In this document: positions 1 through 13,733 of the stretch, piece after piece
Numbering within the stretch: the stretch's first letter is position 1
How the letters are laid out: each line of letters starts with the position of its first letter
Source: the human T2T-CHM13v2.0 reference genome, Homo sapiens
Length of the DNA: 64,000 nucleotides
Direction: 5' to 3' (one strand)
Assembly (NCBI RefSeq): GCF_009914755.1
Contig: NC_060932.1
Notes under the pieces: model-generated
Told to the model about the DNA's origin: nothing
The model's database searches: none
Seen by the model: only the letters and a program-made list of their open reading frames with translations
Translations under genes and position numbers: made by a program

Positions 1-683
1 TGAGCAGGCGGGTGGTGTTTTTCATGGGAGAAGACAGCAGAACTAGTATTCCTGGTAAACATGTCAGCAGAGGATTTGGGAATCTGTTTCTAGCAACTAA
101 ATAGTCCAGAAGAGAGGGAAACGTTTTTATATCTTGCAAAGTTTAGAGATGAAAGAACCAATCTCAAGGTTGATGAAGAAAGACATCACTCAGCAGGTGG
201 TGAGCAGCTGTGATGTAATAACATTCGCCATACAGTTTTACCAGTAGCAAGAGTCAGAAGCCCAAAATCATTTTAATACCAGGGAATGTCTATTTGAGTC
301 TATGTACTCTCCCTGAAATAATCAGTGGCTTGTTTTGTTGTTTTGTTTTCTGGTTAGAATAGGCTTGCATTTCTAGTTGAAGAGAAGTTAGCATTATCCT
401 CTGTCAGGTAAATCTATAGTGAGTTACTCAGCATTTTGCTTGCTGTGATGGAAGAAGGATGGAAGCATTTCCTGCCCAGGCTTGGAGTTATTCATTTTTC
501 TTAGCATGCTAGCTCTCACTTTACCCATTTCTTTCCTACTCAATAAACAGATGAACAAGCAAATGATCAGGAACTACTTCACTATGCAATAACCAAGAGA
601 CTTTTCTAGTTTATAAAAAAGTATGCTATTGTTAAATTCAAGAATGGTGCCTTTATTATTTGTTCATTTGTCCAACAATTATT

Positions 684-1207
684 TTTTATTGTGGTAAGAA
701 CATTTAACGTGAGATACATCCTTTTAACAACTTTTTGTGTACAGTATTGTTAACTATAAGCACAGTGTTATATAGCTGACTGTTGGAATGTATTCGTATT
801 GCATAACTGAAACTTTATATCTATTGAATAGCAACTCCCTGTTTTCCCGAACTTTCACCTCCTGGCAGCTACATTCTACTCTCAGCTTCTATGAGTTTTA
901 TAATTTTAGGTACCTTGTATAAGTGGAATCATGCAGTCTTTGTGGTTCTGTGACTGGCTTATTTCACTGGGCATAATATTGTCCTCAAGGTTCATCCATG
1001 TTGTCATATATAGCAGAATTTTCTTCTTTTACGGTTGAATAATATTACATTGTAGTTATATACCACACATTTTTAATCCATGCATCCATCGATGGACATT
1101 TTTATTGTTTTCACATCTTGGCTACTATAAATATTGCCGCGATGAACATTGGAATTTTAATATCTTTTCAAATTCCTGATTTCAATTCTTTTGGATAAAT
1201 ACCCAGA
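684..1207 (-). mobile_element. L1M (L1MA9-L1MB-type) 3' end fragment
   Basis: Antisense L1M 3' UTR/ORF2-end motifs: ttttattgtggtaagaaca, gtggaatcatgcagt, ctgtgactggcttatttcact, gttcatccatgttgt, ggataaatacccagaa. Confidence 0.85.
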
Positions 1208-1329
1208 AAAGACCCTATTATGTGGCATAATAGGAACAGTCCTAGGGAATGGGGAAACATTAGTTATCAGGGAACAAATTACATGGTAACTCCCTTAGAA
1301 GTGATCTCATTCCACCAGTTTATTATAAT

Positions 1330-2045
1330 ATTGACATTGTTCAAATATTCATTCTGTATACAATAACCAGAGTAACTTTTTTCAGAAAACACAAAGGCAA
1401 TCATAGCACTCTCTTGCCTCACACACTTTAATGGCATCCTTTGCCCTCAAGATAAAATCTCATATCCTCACAATGGTCACATAGCCCTGAACAACCCAGC
1501 CTCTTCCACTTCCCAGCCCCCTTTCTGCACCACGCTCATCCCTGATTTCCTCCAACACAGTGCTTCTGCAGCTCTGCTGTCCTTTCAGTTCCCTGGATGC
1601 ATCAGTCCTTCTCAAGTCTGTTCTTTGAGCAGAACATTCTCTTCCTTATTTTTAGTAAACCTGTCCAAATATTTTGTCCTTCATATCTCAGCTTAAATAT
1701 AACTACCGCAGGGAAATCTTTCTCGAGCCTCAGACTAGGCTGAATGTCTCTCTTACTCATTTTTTACAGTAAGTACGTTTTGTTTTGTTTCGTTTTTGTA
1801 GTAGCACTCATCTTAATCTTAACCAAAAATTTTTAAGTTTAATTATTTGTTTAAATCCCATCTTTCCTAAAGGACCATAATGGTGTTGGTCGGGGGGTTG
1901 GGGGGGGGGGGGGGGGTGGGGGGCGTGGCGGGCGGATAAGCACAGAAACTACATCTCCTTTACACCTTCCTATCTTTTCGGTGGACAGCATGGTACCTGG
2001 CTCATGGTAGGGCTTCAATAAATATTTGTTGAATTATTGCATGAA
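1330..2045 (+). mobile_element. L2 3' region, degenerate, interrupted by a poly-G tract
   Basis: L2-like blocks (caagataaaatctcatatcctcacaatgg; tctcagcttaaatat) and the L2 terminus cctggctcatggtagggcttcaataaatatttgttgaat. Confidence 0.7.
1888..1936 (+). repeat. Poly-G tract (G6-TT-G17-T-G6)
   Basis: Read directly; G17 at 1900-1916. Confidence 0.95.
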
Positions 2046-2214
2046 AGAACTGTGCAGTATTCCGTAGGTCAATGGTTTGCAAGCTCTTCCTGGTCATAGG
2101 ACCCCTTGTGTTGACTGATTGTTGTGGAAACAGGTTTTAACTCCACAACATTTACAGCTTGCAAGGGCACTGTGAAAAACACAGTTTTACAATACTGCCA
2201 TTTAAAATCATTTC

Positions 2215-2585
2215 ATATAATGAATGGTATTCAGTAATAAAGAGAAACCAATAAGGACACATGCTACATCATGAATGAACCTCAAAAACATTACTCAGTA
2301 AAAAAGCCAGACACAAGAGACCACATATTGTATGATTCCGTTTATAGGACATGTCCAGGAAAAGAAAGTTTATGGCTACAGAAAGTAGGTTAATGGCTGC
2401 CTGCAGGTGGGAATAGGGATTAATTGTAAACAGGCATGAGAGATTTTCTTGAGGGAGATGAAAATATCTAAGACTGATTTGTGGTGATGTCTGTACCACT
2501 CAGTAAAGTCACAAAAATTACACACTTGAAATGGGTGATTTTTATGATATCTAAAATGCACCTCAATAGAGCTATTTTAAAAATC
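2215..2585 (+). mobile_element. L1M (L1MB/L1ME-type) 3' end fragment
   Basis: atgaacctcaaaaacatta, aagccagacacaaga, catattgtatgattcc, gggtgatttttatg...cctcaatagagct. Confidence 0.85.
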
Positions 2586-4369
2586 ATTGTTCTAAACTGT
2601 AGCTGACCTTCACCTTAACCTTACCTTTTTGACATTATTGCAATTTTTGTTCTTTGTTTCATTTCTTTCAGTTTGACTTTTTAACACACAGTTAGCTTGT
2701 ATTTTTGCCTGATAATTTCATGGGGGTTTATGTTGTTTAGGGATGGCCAACCTGAACAATCATATTTCTCTAAAAGCACTGTAAATATATTGAATAGGTA
2801 ATTAAATACTGATTGGCTGGTGATTACCAGTCATAACATATCAACCTTCTCTGAGATAAGCCCTCTAAAACCTCCAATGGTAGAGAAATGTTGTGGAAAA
2901 GAAGAGGCTTGGAATAGGAAAATGCTGCCTTTGTGGATAAACTGGAAGAAACTTTGAAGAGACAAATGGAAAACATCACACTTTGAGGCAATTACAGACT
3001 CTTGGCTGAAATTCAGCTTCAGGCTTATCTTGTGGGGAGGAATTTTTAAACACTTCAAAGTCCTACCCAGTGTTATAGCTGTCACCTTAATCTACCCCAA
3101 AAACATTCATTTCAGAAAGTGAAAGTTTCAGAGTCTACTGCTGAAGAATTCTGTAATTAGAGTAAAATATAACTGTGAATGCCTACAGGGATTTTTTTTT
3201 CTTTTGATATTGTAGGTAAACTCAAGTCAAAGAAAACTGAAAGAGTAGGATCTCTTAAAGCCATATAGCAGAGCCTTCCTGAACAAGGGTGAAGTAATCC
3301 TCAAAATCAAAATATAAGATTGTTTACCATATCAAGTTACATCTATCATCCACATCAATCTTGAACATCAAAACAAGTTCTAGAAAGAGGGAGGAATATT
3401 CACAGGATGGGCCATAATCCAAGGATTCAGGAATTTGAGACTCTGATGAGAAATAAAATAGATTTAAGATTCCTTTGATTTTTAGAATTATTTTCTGTAG
3501 GTGATGTCTAATATTATTTTTTGCTGATAGTTTCCGGATCTCAAAAATACTTCAAAGAGAAAAATAATATATGTTATTAAATGTTTTAATAATAAATATT
3601 ATTGGTAATATAACGCTCATGTTAAATAACAAATTTTTCACATATGTAAATTGACAAAGCAATAAAATATATATTTGGGTTATTCTTTTGATTTCTTTTA
3701 CTGTTATTCCTTCTTCTTAGTTTCCATTTGTACAAAATGGCAATAATTTTTCCTTTTTTCTCCTTTATTTTTCCTCTTTATGTTAGAACAAATGTCAATT
3801 TGCTGTCATATGACAAAAAAATATGGATAGCGATAGTTCTGTGTAGAGCCTCCTCTGAGTAAGGCACATGAAATATTCTGATTAGATTTCTGAATACAGA
3901 AGCTCAATGTTGCCTCCGAATCATTCACCTATTTTATTCTGGTATTTAAGGCAGGCGTAGAAATAGGTCATATAAAAACCTTGTCACATTTCTTCAAGAA
4001 TTTGCAAGAGAAAAATTAGGCACTGGTCCTTGTTTCCCAGCTTGGTCAAGTTTCCCTACAAATCACTTCTCATTAGAATCCCTAGAATGACCACAACCTT
4101 TTCTAACTTGTAATGTGATTAGAAAGTAAAGTGTCCTCTTGCTTTCAAGTAACGGAAACTAGTTTTTCATGTGTTATACAGCATTTTTAGGTGTTTTATC
4201 ATGGAGAGTTTTTACACTGGCAGAAAGGAGGGCACCTGGTTCTTCTTTTCTTTCTCTGGTTTTCATGTGCAGAAAGTGGTAGGGGAAATGGCTTTGTGTA
4301 AAATTATCTTTCTATTAAAGAAGTACCCTGCAGTGTTTTATGGAAATCATTGTCAAATCTGAAAATTTT

Positions 4370-4470
4370 GCAAGGTATTGAACCTCTCTAGACATAATTT
4401 CTTATTTATAAAATAAGAGGGTAAATAATAGGGTCTTTAAGGCCTCTTCCAGTTTAAAAAACTACAGTGA
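4370..4470 (+). mobile_element. MIR3-like SINE fragment
   Basis: aacctctct...ttataaaataagaggg...taaggcctcttccagt resembles the MIR core plus the MIR3 tail. Confidence 0.5.
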
Positions 4471-4889
4471 TCCCTACCTAATCAATGCTCACAGTCATGC
4501 AGAGTACAAGCCTTGTCTGTATCACACTTGTTAATGATTATTGTAGGCCATGAGTGAAGGAGCCTGCACTAATGCAAGCAGTGAATAATCAAAGCATACA
4601 GAACTTCAGCTAGTACAGATTCTACCAAAAAGTGTCATCATACTTACGGCATTATACATCTTTAAATAACTTTGGTTATTGTTAATTTTCTATTATGCTT
4701 TCTTGTGATTTGCTGTGTGTGTGTTTGTGTGTATAAGTGTGTGGTATTCTACAAGGATATGGGTACAGGAGTAATAATTAAATATTTAATAATAAGCTGG
4801 TCACAAGAGACATGTAGAAGACATGTCTAAGGTCCGTGTGTGTCTGTGTGTTTGTGCGTCTGTGTGTATATATATATAATGAATACTTA

Positions 4890-5440
4890 TAGCTTCTGGC
4901 TGTCTGATGTCCATCCCTGTCCTCTTTTGGTATCAGCCCCTCCCCTAATTTTGACATAACTCCCTCGTTTTCGGGCCATGTGAATTTATGGGCTTGACCT
5001 CACCCTAGATTCCGGAGGTGGACAAAGGATTTAAGACATTGTGGCAGAGCAGTGTATCTCTCTGGCTACACTGACTTGTTAAGAAATAGACAATTATATA
5101 ATGAGCCAGATTAATGTGACTTGATTTTGTGGTTTTACTGGAGCTATTAGTAGGGCAGATCATTCTCATTCTACTAGAATTTGTGAGATGGTAATCTGGA
5201 AAAGGTAATCTGTAGCTACTGGTGGGTGTCTAGCCTCCACGAGTAAAAATCTAAAAAGAAGGGGTTAACAAAGTGAAAATCAAAGCCAGGAGATTGAGAT
5301 TGAGAGAGAGGAGAGAGAAAGAGAGAAAGAGAGTCTGAAGACAACTTTTGAGCTCCTGACTTAACCATTCCTGAAGACCTCAATTCTGTGAGCCAATATA
5401 TTCCTCTTCATTATGCAGACAATTTATGTCAGACTTGCAG
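4890..5440 (+). mobile_element. Old MaLR solo LTR (MLT1-type)
   Basis: ctctggctacactgacttgttaag, GA-rich block, tttgagctcctga...ttcctgaag, ctgtgagccaatatattcc. Confidence 0.65.
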
Positions 5441-5924
5441 ACTCATGATAAAACTGGAGGATGCGTACCAGAGGTCATCTCTGTCTAGTTCTTTATTTCC
5501 CTTTTTGTGTACCTTTCAGATTTAACTTAAGTATTACACTGTGTGAAAAGACTTTCTGGACTCTGTTTACCTTGAGTTAGGTGAACATCCTCCCCACCGT
5601 GTGGCAACGGTCATATCATATTGTTACTGTTTGTTAACATCTGTATTTCCTCCACTATGTTTTGTGCTCTGTGAGGTCAGAAACCTTCTTTCTCTGCCCT
5701 TGTATTCTCATAAGCAGTTGGCTTCCATTTAATAACTGACTAAATATAAGGCAATTAATTTGCAGCCTTCCACAATTTAAAGACAGAGATGATGTTCCTT
5801 CACAGTCTTCACATCTCTGAGGAAATATATTTTACAGTTACTTTTACTTTTTACTTTAACCTATTCTCCTTTACATTTATCCCCCCGTGGTCTGTCTTTT
5901 CTATTCTCTCACTTGGAAGATTTT

Positions 5925-6260
5925 AACTTATTTATTCATTCATTCAACAATATTTTAAATGTCTCCTGTGACCTAAGGACTACCCTAAGCATCAAGAATA
6001 CAATGTGGAACAAAGCAAGTCTTCTGTTCTCAAAACTTACTGTTCAGTCTGTGGAAACAGTAAAAACCATGACAAGAGAGTGTTATTTGTGCTACAATTG
6101 CATGAGAAGAGGATGCCAGGGCAGACTTAGGAGGAGTACCTAGCCTGGTTTTAAGAGGTCACTGGAGACCTGCTGAAGGAAATGGCTTTAAGCTAAATGC
6201 TGAGGTGTCAGTAGATATTAATCTGCTCATGGAGGACCAGGGAGTGTCTCAGGCAGATTG
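5925..6260 (-). mobile_element. L2 3' end fragment
   Basis: ttattcattcattcaacaatatttt (antisense L2 terminus) followed by L2-like body. Confidence 0.7.
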
Positions 6261-6559
6261 ACCAGTTTTCTCAATTATGTAGTGACGACAACTGAGACGC
6301 AGTAATATAAAACACTTACCTGATCACCAGGAAGTTTCTCCTCCAGCAATAGAAAGGCAGATTTTAAACAGATGTTTTGTTATCGTTTATGTGACCTATT
6401 TCTCCTCTTTCCATTCCCTTGCCTAGTAAAATTTGTCCAACTGTAATTAAGAGTATTTACTTCTCCTTTATTGTACTGCTTTGCCTCCCACAAAATTCAC
6501 CAAGAAGAGTTTCACTTGGGCTTTGAAAAGGGTCTTGTACATCACACGGCTTCCTGAAA

Positions 6560-6720
6560 ATGATAACAATAGCTACTTTTTATTGAGAGTCACTATATGT
6601 GATTTCCCTGTGATTTAGATGTTATATCCCCATTTTATGAAAGATTAAATTGAGGCTCAGGGACAGACCCAAATATCAGCCAGCTAGTAAGAGGAAATCT
6701 GTGGTCTTATCCCAGATTCT
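6560..6720 (-). mobile_element. MIR
   Basis: aacaatagctac...atccccattttatgaaag...aattgaggctcag. Confidence 0.65.
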
Positions 6721-7779
6721 GAAAACAGCACCTTTCTAATTATTTCTTATCATATAGTTTCCTTCTAATATCTGGCTGTGAAATAATACAAGTTTTTATG
6801 CAGGGGACAATTTCAGAAGAGGGAAAAGGAAATGTGTGGTGATTTTAAAACATGGGGTGTGGAATGACAGCTGTGGGCTATTGCTGTACTTGAGATTTGC
6901 TCTATCAGAGATGAGCAGTAAGCGAAATGATTACTCTGAGGGTAAAGAGTACATATTGCCAGGAAGGAAGGAAAGGTGATTGGAGATTGAGTTCTTGTCA
7001 AATTGAATTGATTTCATCTTCTTAGATACTTCATTCAAGAGTGAGATCTTTTGGTTTAAATTGCAAGTGCATGACATATCCAATATTCCTCACTAAATCC
7101 AGGAATTTCTATGCCATAGGAGGCTACTAGGATGTACTCATTTCACAGGATGTGTAATACGTCTCTAGCCTACATCCAGGTTATTCTCATCATAGTCTTT
7201 GTGGAAATAAAACAACATGCTGAAGAAAAGGACAGTTTAGAAAACTATCTCCTTAACTATAAACTTTCATATCATTAATGTGCTGATATTTTGACAGAAC
7301 TGATGCCATGTGCTATTAGCATACAGTAGTTTTTGTTCTTTCTTTCTTTTTTTTGGTTTTCACAATGGTATAGGGTCACAAGAGCAAGATAACCCAATGA
7401 CATAGTAAAGTTATAGAAAACAAAAAAGTTAAAGCTTCAAAGATTAAAAGGAAGCGTTAAGAAGGCCCCATGAACAGCAGCTTTCTCTGCACATTAAGCA
7501 ATAATACTGGAAAAAATGTAAACAATTTTTTGACATGTGAACAGCACAAAATTCTTATCTGTTTTGTTGGGTGGAACACAGACTATGGTGTTAAGTGGTG
7601 TTAACTTCAGTGAAATAGAAACAAGGACCACAGATGGCAAGAAATGTCACTGTTGCAAAGATTCTGGTGGCAAAATGTTCTTTGATTTTAGAGAAAACTT
7701 ATTTTGAATGTTCACTTTTGATCCAGAACCAAGCTATATCTAATTTCAAATATAAATGCTTCAGATATTGATTGGGATA

Positions 7780-8150
7780 GTGCTAGCTACTCTTCCAAGG
7801 AAAACAATATTACCAAAGTTAGTTTGTTGCTTACATACAGTCCAAATTACTTTTCTAATCAGTAGGTGGCTCTCCTCCAAACCCTTTCCAACTTGGCTCA
7901 TCCATCTTCCCCAGGAGGCTTGTAAGATTGTCATATTCATCTGCATCAGGCCAGAGGCAGAGGACAGAGTGAGGAAGGCTCACCCATTGAAACTGAGACA
8001 CGTGCCCCACTCTATTCTCATCCACATAACCTCACTAATGGAGGTTAGAAATGTAGACCCTGCTAGGCAACTACTTCCCAGAAAACTCTACACCATATGG
8101 ATGCTTGGGAGGTGGGTCAAACAATATGGTGTATAGTTAGCTAGAATAAG
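7780..8150 (-). mobile_element. Old MaLR LTR fragment (MLT1-type)
   Basis: Degenerate antisense MLT1 motifs such as ggaggttagaaatgtag and catccatctt. Confidence 0.45.
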
Positions 8151-9322
8151 AAGCAGCTGAGAACCAACTTCCTGGTATCCCCTCCTGGTTCTTTTCCATA
8201 AACTCACTCACTGTTCATTTTCTTCCCACATCAACAACAATGAAGTCTCCATTAATTCTCCTAGTACAGGTTTTCAGAACCAAAATTTATATAAGACTTA
8301 GGAGCTAGCTAGCTAGGTAGCTAGATATATAAACGTATACATATAAACCACCTAATTTAGATATGTACGATTTTTTTCATCTCTTTGCTGTTTCCTTAAT
8401 TATTGTGAAATGTAATAGTAAGACAAACTTACCTTCACATATTTCTAGTAACAATTTTATCTTTTCAGGTGTCCTAGACACCTGAAAAGCCAACTTTCTC
8501 TTTAGTATTCACTCTTCTAGCTCTTATTTTTGAAAGACAAGGACATAACTCTGTAGTACTTAACTTTCCACCAGGCCCTCCCTTTACTAGTTTCATGTAC
8601 TGTTAAACTGACTAAAAAAATTTGTTTTCTAAAAGAAACTCGATTTCAGGACCAAATGCAATACTTGCAAATATTGGCCATCGGGTTCTTGTTCCAATGG
8701 TGCTTATACCTAATCAGGAGGCAGATCAGAGCTATGACTTCTCTTTCAGACATGACAAAAGACAGTGATCGGGCTCGAATGCCGTCTCAGAGACCAATAT
8801 GAAAATCATTTTACTATAACCCTCATTGTCCAGGCTATTTTTAAAATAATAAAAATGTTATGTATAATATATAATAAAAAATATATAAATATATAATTTA
8901 AAAATCCAATTTTATAACATGCCTTCCCTAGTAAACTGTCTGCCAACTCCAGACCTGATTTTCAGTGTCTTCCCTTAAGCTAGACATTTCTGGATTTATA
9001 AAATGCTCTTTTCACCTTAGCATGTCTCTGCTGAAAGTTATATCACATCATTTTAAATAAAATCTGCTTTAAACACTTTTAATAAATGTTCTGCCTTTCT
9101 CTTGGGAGACAAAGAGAGACACTAAAGAGGGGTTTCCTCCATTTATCTATCCATACAATGAACAGAATTATGGTAAATTGGCCCATCTCCTTCACTCAGC
9201 TTTCCTATGACATATAAGGTGACTTTGTCAACTCCTCTACTTTTTTTTAATACATTGATCAAATAGTCATGACCCAAAAATTTTGTAATGAAAAGATGTT
9301 AAGGACACAAAGGGACAGGAGG

Positions 9323-9411
9323 AGTTTTTGAGGAACCTCCAAACAATTCCCCATAGTGGTTGTACTAATTTGCATTCCCACTAACAGTGTAAAAGGGTTT
9401 CCTTTTCTCCA
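9323..9411 (-). mobile_element. Isolated 89-bp L1 ORF2 fragment
   Basis: ttgaggaacctcca...ccatagtggttgtactaatttgcattcccactaacagtgtaaaagggtttccttttctcca is antisense L1 ORF2 3' region. Confidence 0.85.
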
Positions 9412-10812
9412 GTAAAGCTTCATGATTTGGGACTAATGAAGGGAAATGTTAACCTACAGATTAGAGAATTATTTGTTAACCTAAAAATTAGAGAATATTT
9501 AAATAAAATTTAATTTTATTAAGGTCAGTTCATCATAAATAATGAATAAAGACATCTTTCCCATTTGCTTGAAAGAAGAAGTAATGGCATTCACTTGTAT
9601 ACAAACAATTTTAATTCTTTACACTTGTTCTCTCTGAAGATTAAACATTATTTCTCTGATTCTTTTCTTCTTACTTAATCCGATTTACTGTCATTTGTGT
9701 AGAATTCCCCTGCTTTAAGGATAGTAGGCAATAAATCTTCATTCTACTCTGATTGAATTATTTCCATTTCAAATTTAGTTCTATCTGAATTATTAAGCTG
9801 CATTGAGAATAAAGTCATTTGAATTTTATACGTTAAGTGTCCATTTCCACGACTATAATTGTCAGCCTTTATAATGCACTTTTGAGTCATTTTTCCATAT
9901 ATAATTCCCTGTATCTCAATAATGAAAATGTTTGTGAAAATCATTGTAATAAGCATAGATATTTATTTTATTGTCTGTTATAGAAAGTGTGAACTGAAAC
10001 TTCAGAGGAAAGATGACTGAGGGAAAGAATCTGGCATGACAAAGGATGCTACTCAAAACTGGCAAGAAAACAAGAACGTGCAAATAGCAAAATAAAACTA
10101 AGCTACCTGAAAATAATTGAAACCCAATCGCTCTTAAAACAGGTGGGAAAATGTCTTTTTGCACTGGGAAAAAGTGTCTTTTGCATCAGGAAATAACCAC
10201 AAAGCTTAGAGGGCTACTTTTGAAATCTAAACCTGTTCCTATTCTCTCCTGCCTTCCAGGACCTGCTCTCTCTTCCTCTCTGAGTTCCTATGTGATGCCC
10301 ATAACTTGACAGGACAATTCCACGGTTTGGCTAGAATCTGACGGAAACGTGTAGCAAAATGTTTAGTGGCTTCCACTTGCCACGGTTCAGCAGTTTTCAT
10401 TTTTAAATGGATATTCATCTTGTTAAAATATTTACTTTATTGTGGTGAGTTGCAATATTTTCATATTCTGCCAATGAGATTCTGTGGTAAGATTAGCTCT
10501 GACTTTTTAATGAAAATGACTCTAGATGTTTGCTTTATGAGTACTATCTTATCAATCACTCAGTTATTCTTTCACATGGACAATAAATAAATATAAATAC
10601 AATCAACAATAAGAAAACCTCAAAAAAATCATAACTCTTAAATACATAGCCCAATGTTTATATATATTAAAAAAGAGAATAGCTTTTAAATGTAAATGTT
10701 CTTAAAGCCTCTAACTTTTCAAAGGTCTCCTTTCTCCTTCTTAACTTTTAAAAAATTATTCCCAAAGAATAAATTTATAGAAGCCATTTTCTCTTGTCAT
10801 CTACATAGTTCC

Positions 10813-11150
<338 letters not shown>

Positions 11151-13629
11151 TAATCACCAAAATTTCCCATCAGCTTGGCTGTAATGGTCATCTTCAACAC
11201 CAGTAATTTAGAATTCTACCTATAAGAAAATAATAAGCAAATAAATATAAATTGAAGACCAAAATACAGTAAGCAATCTATTATTCTGCCAAATTCTTGT
11301 ATTATAAAAGCAACTACAATTATTGTCATCATTTGTTTTCATAAAACAAAGGAACTTTTATACCCAAAATAAACAATCTATCTTTTATGGAAAGCTTGCT
11401 ACATTGTCTTTACTTTTCACATTCTATTATTCTTTCCTAGATTATTATAATCCATGTACTGATGTAAAAGGATCCCTCTTCTGCACTATATGATGGCAAA
11501 ATATTTGCAGCTACTTTGTGAATTTCATATTGTTTTCTATTTAACATACTTTGAAATATATTTGAAATGTCCTTATGTGCTTAGGGACATTTCCTTCAGT
11601 GATGTTAGTCCCTTACCCTCCATTGTTGTCTAAACAGAAAAGCAGTTCCAATTGAATTAGTAAATTGCACAGACTGGAGCATCTTTAAATTCTTTCTACG
11701 TAAAAGCAGTAGAATGTCTTGCCTCTATTTTTCCAAGAAAAAAATAATCATAACTAGATAGTGCTATTCTCAGTTATTAGTTTGCTCATGTATAGGCAAA
11801 CTTATTCATGAATAAGTGGTTAAGTAGAACTCACTAAGGTGTCAGTGCTTGGTTTGAATTAGCTTCTTCTTTTAGTTGGGAGGGCTGGACTGTCATTCAA
11901 GGTAGCTCAAAATGAAGAGTTTTTCTTAGAAGTACTTCAGAGGAAAAATTGAGAGTTAGGAATCTTACTATTATCCCCAAATAGAAGCCACAGAAGGAGG
12001 CTTCCTCAGAAACATAGGCTATAGATTTTAATTTCAGGAATCACGGCAGCACTAAAAGAAGACTTTTTAAACTCCATTAAATTAACGTAACAACTTTCTA
12101 CCCTGTAGTTTCATTTTCCTCTAATACCAGTGGGCATAGTTTTTTGTTTTTTTTTTCCTCTGCTGTGTGTCTTTTCTTTATTTAACTTCTTCATTGTTTC
12201 TGCTTCCTTGTAATTCTGGTTTACAATATATGATGGTGAAAATTACCGTAATTTGAAGTGATATAGATCTAGATTTAAATTCAAAATTTACAAATAGTTA
12301 ACTGCTCAGACATAGGCAATATACTTTATCTCATTAAATATTCAGTTTTATAATCTACAGGATAAATAAAAGTAGTAACCAATTTATTTTAATGAGATAA
12401 TGTTACTAAAATATCTCCTATAAGAGATCAATACAATTGACTATTAATTTATTACTATTTTAAGGATTATCATGGTCCTGACTTGACTCACAACATTACC
12501 TGGAAGTTTGGGCTTCCATACTAACTTCTTTATTATTTCCATATTTTCCAATTGAAGTTTTCAAAAAAGTAATCTATTGACTATATAATCTTTCATAGCA
12601 GACTACTTCATAGGTACATGGCTGGGCTGTATTGGCCACTTTAGGGTCAGATACCCAGTCTTGTCCTAATGCTATGAGAGAGGTGGAACTGAGGATGTAA
12701 TTGCTAATGCAAAATATGTCAAATTTTTTTTGTTGTCAGAAACTACAGGCAGATTTATCTCACATAGAAGAAGCTATAGGTATAACAGGCATATGGAGTT
12801 CATTCACCAAGGAAGAATCCAGAAGTTTCTCTTCAAGTAAGTATATCAATGCCCTTATCCTATGATTAGCCATTTGTGTAATATTGGGATTTGAAATATC
12901 CAGGTATCTTATATGTTTCTGGTATACAAATATGGCCTGCTAAAAACTGTGAAAAGGAAACCAAGCACAGAGAACCAAACATACGTGTAAAAGGATTTGA
13001 ACCTGTAGACATGTTTAGCCCAGGTTCATTTTGAAAGATGGGCAGAAAACTTGGTTAGTTTATTCTTACTGTATCCAAACCCATGATAATGTCCCCCTCT
13101 GAAAGACAGAGATATAGAAAGAGTATAATTACTGATGGAAAACTAGTGCAGATAAAATAACCTAAGCTTTAATCCAAACCTCAAACCATAAGCCCAACCC
13201 AAGACTTTTTTTAGGTTTGTATAGGTTCAGATAACTTTGGACTTTTAGAAAACATCATTTTTGCAAAGTGACACTTCTTGCTTTGTACTGTTAAGAATAA
13301 GCAGGGTAAATATAGAGTATAAGGACAACTCCTGTTAAGATCCTGAGTTCCTGGCTGACCTTTTGCAATTGCTTGCCAGCTGATGAGCTAGAACAAAGAG
13401 AGAATGCAAGGGATATATGTGAGTAATCCAATTTAACAGTCATTATTGACTCCCTGGAAGAGCTCAACGTGCTATCAAAAGACATGAAATTTAATCATAA
13501 GAAAATAAAACTATGACTACATAATGTCTAACCAATGAGGTCATGTATAAGTTAAAATTTCCCACGTATATACATCACTTGTTATTTTACTTCATGCCAA
13601 ATTTCACTAGAATTATAGAACAATAGGAT

Positions 13630-13733
13630 TTTCTTTCTCATCTTTTTTTCTTGTATTTTCTTACTCTACCTCTCTCTCTTTTTTCTTCCATTTTTTTCCT
13701 TTTCTTTTCTTTCTTCCTTTTTCTTTTTTTCCT
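13630..13733. repeat. CT-rich low-complexity tract
   Basis: Nearly pure pyrimidine run; explains the K/R/E-rich ORF at 13638-13823. Confidence 0.85.

Noticed and set aside
10145-10193. Short imperfect tandem duplication (about 21 bp); similar ones at 31561-31591 and 54171-54211
   Set aside because: Two-copy slippage duplications with no spacers or array structure; not CRISPR-like
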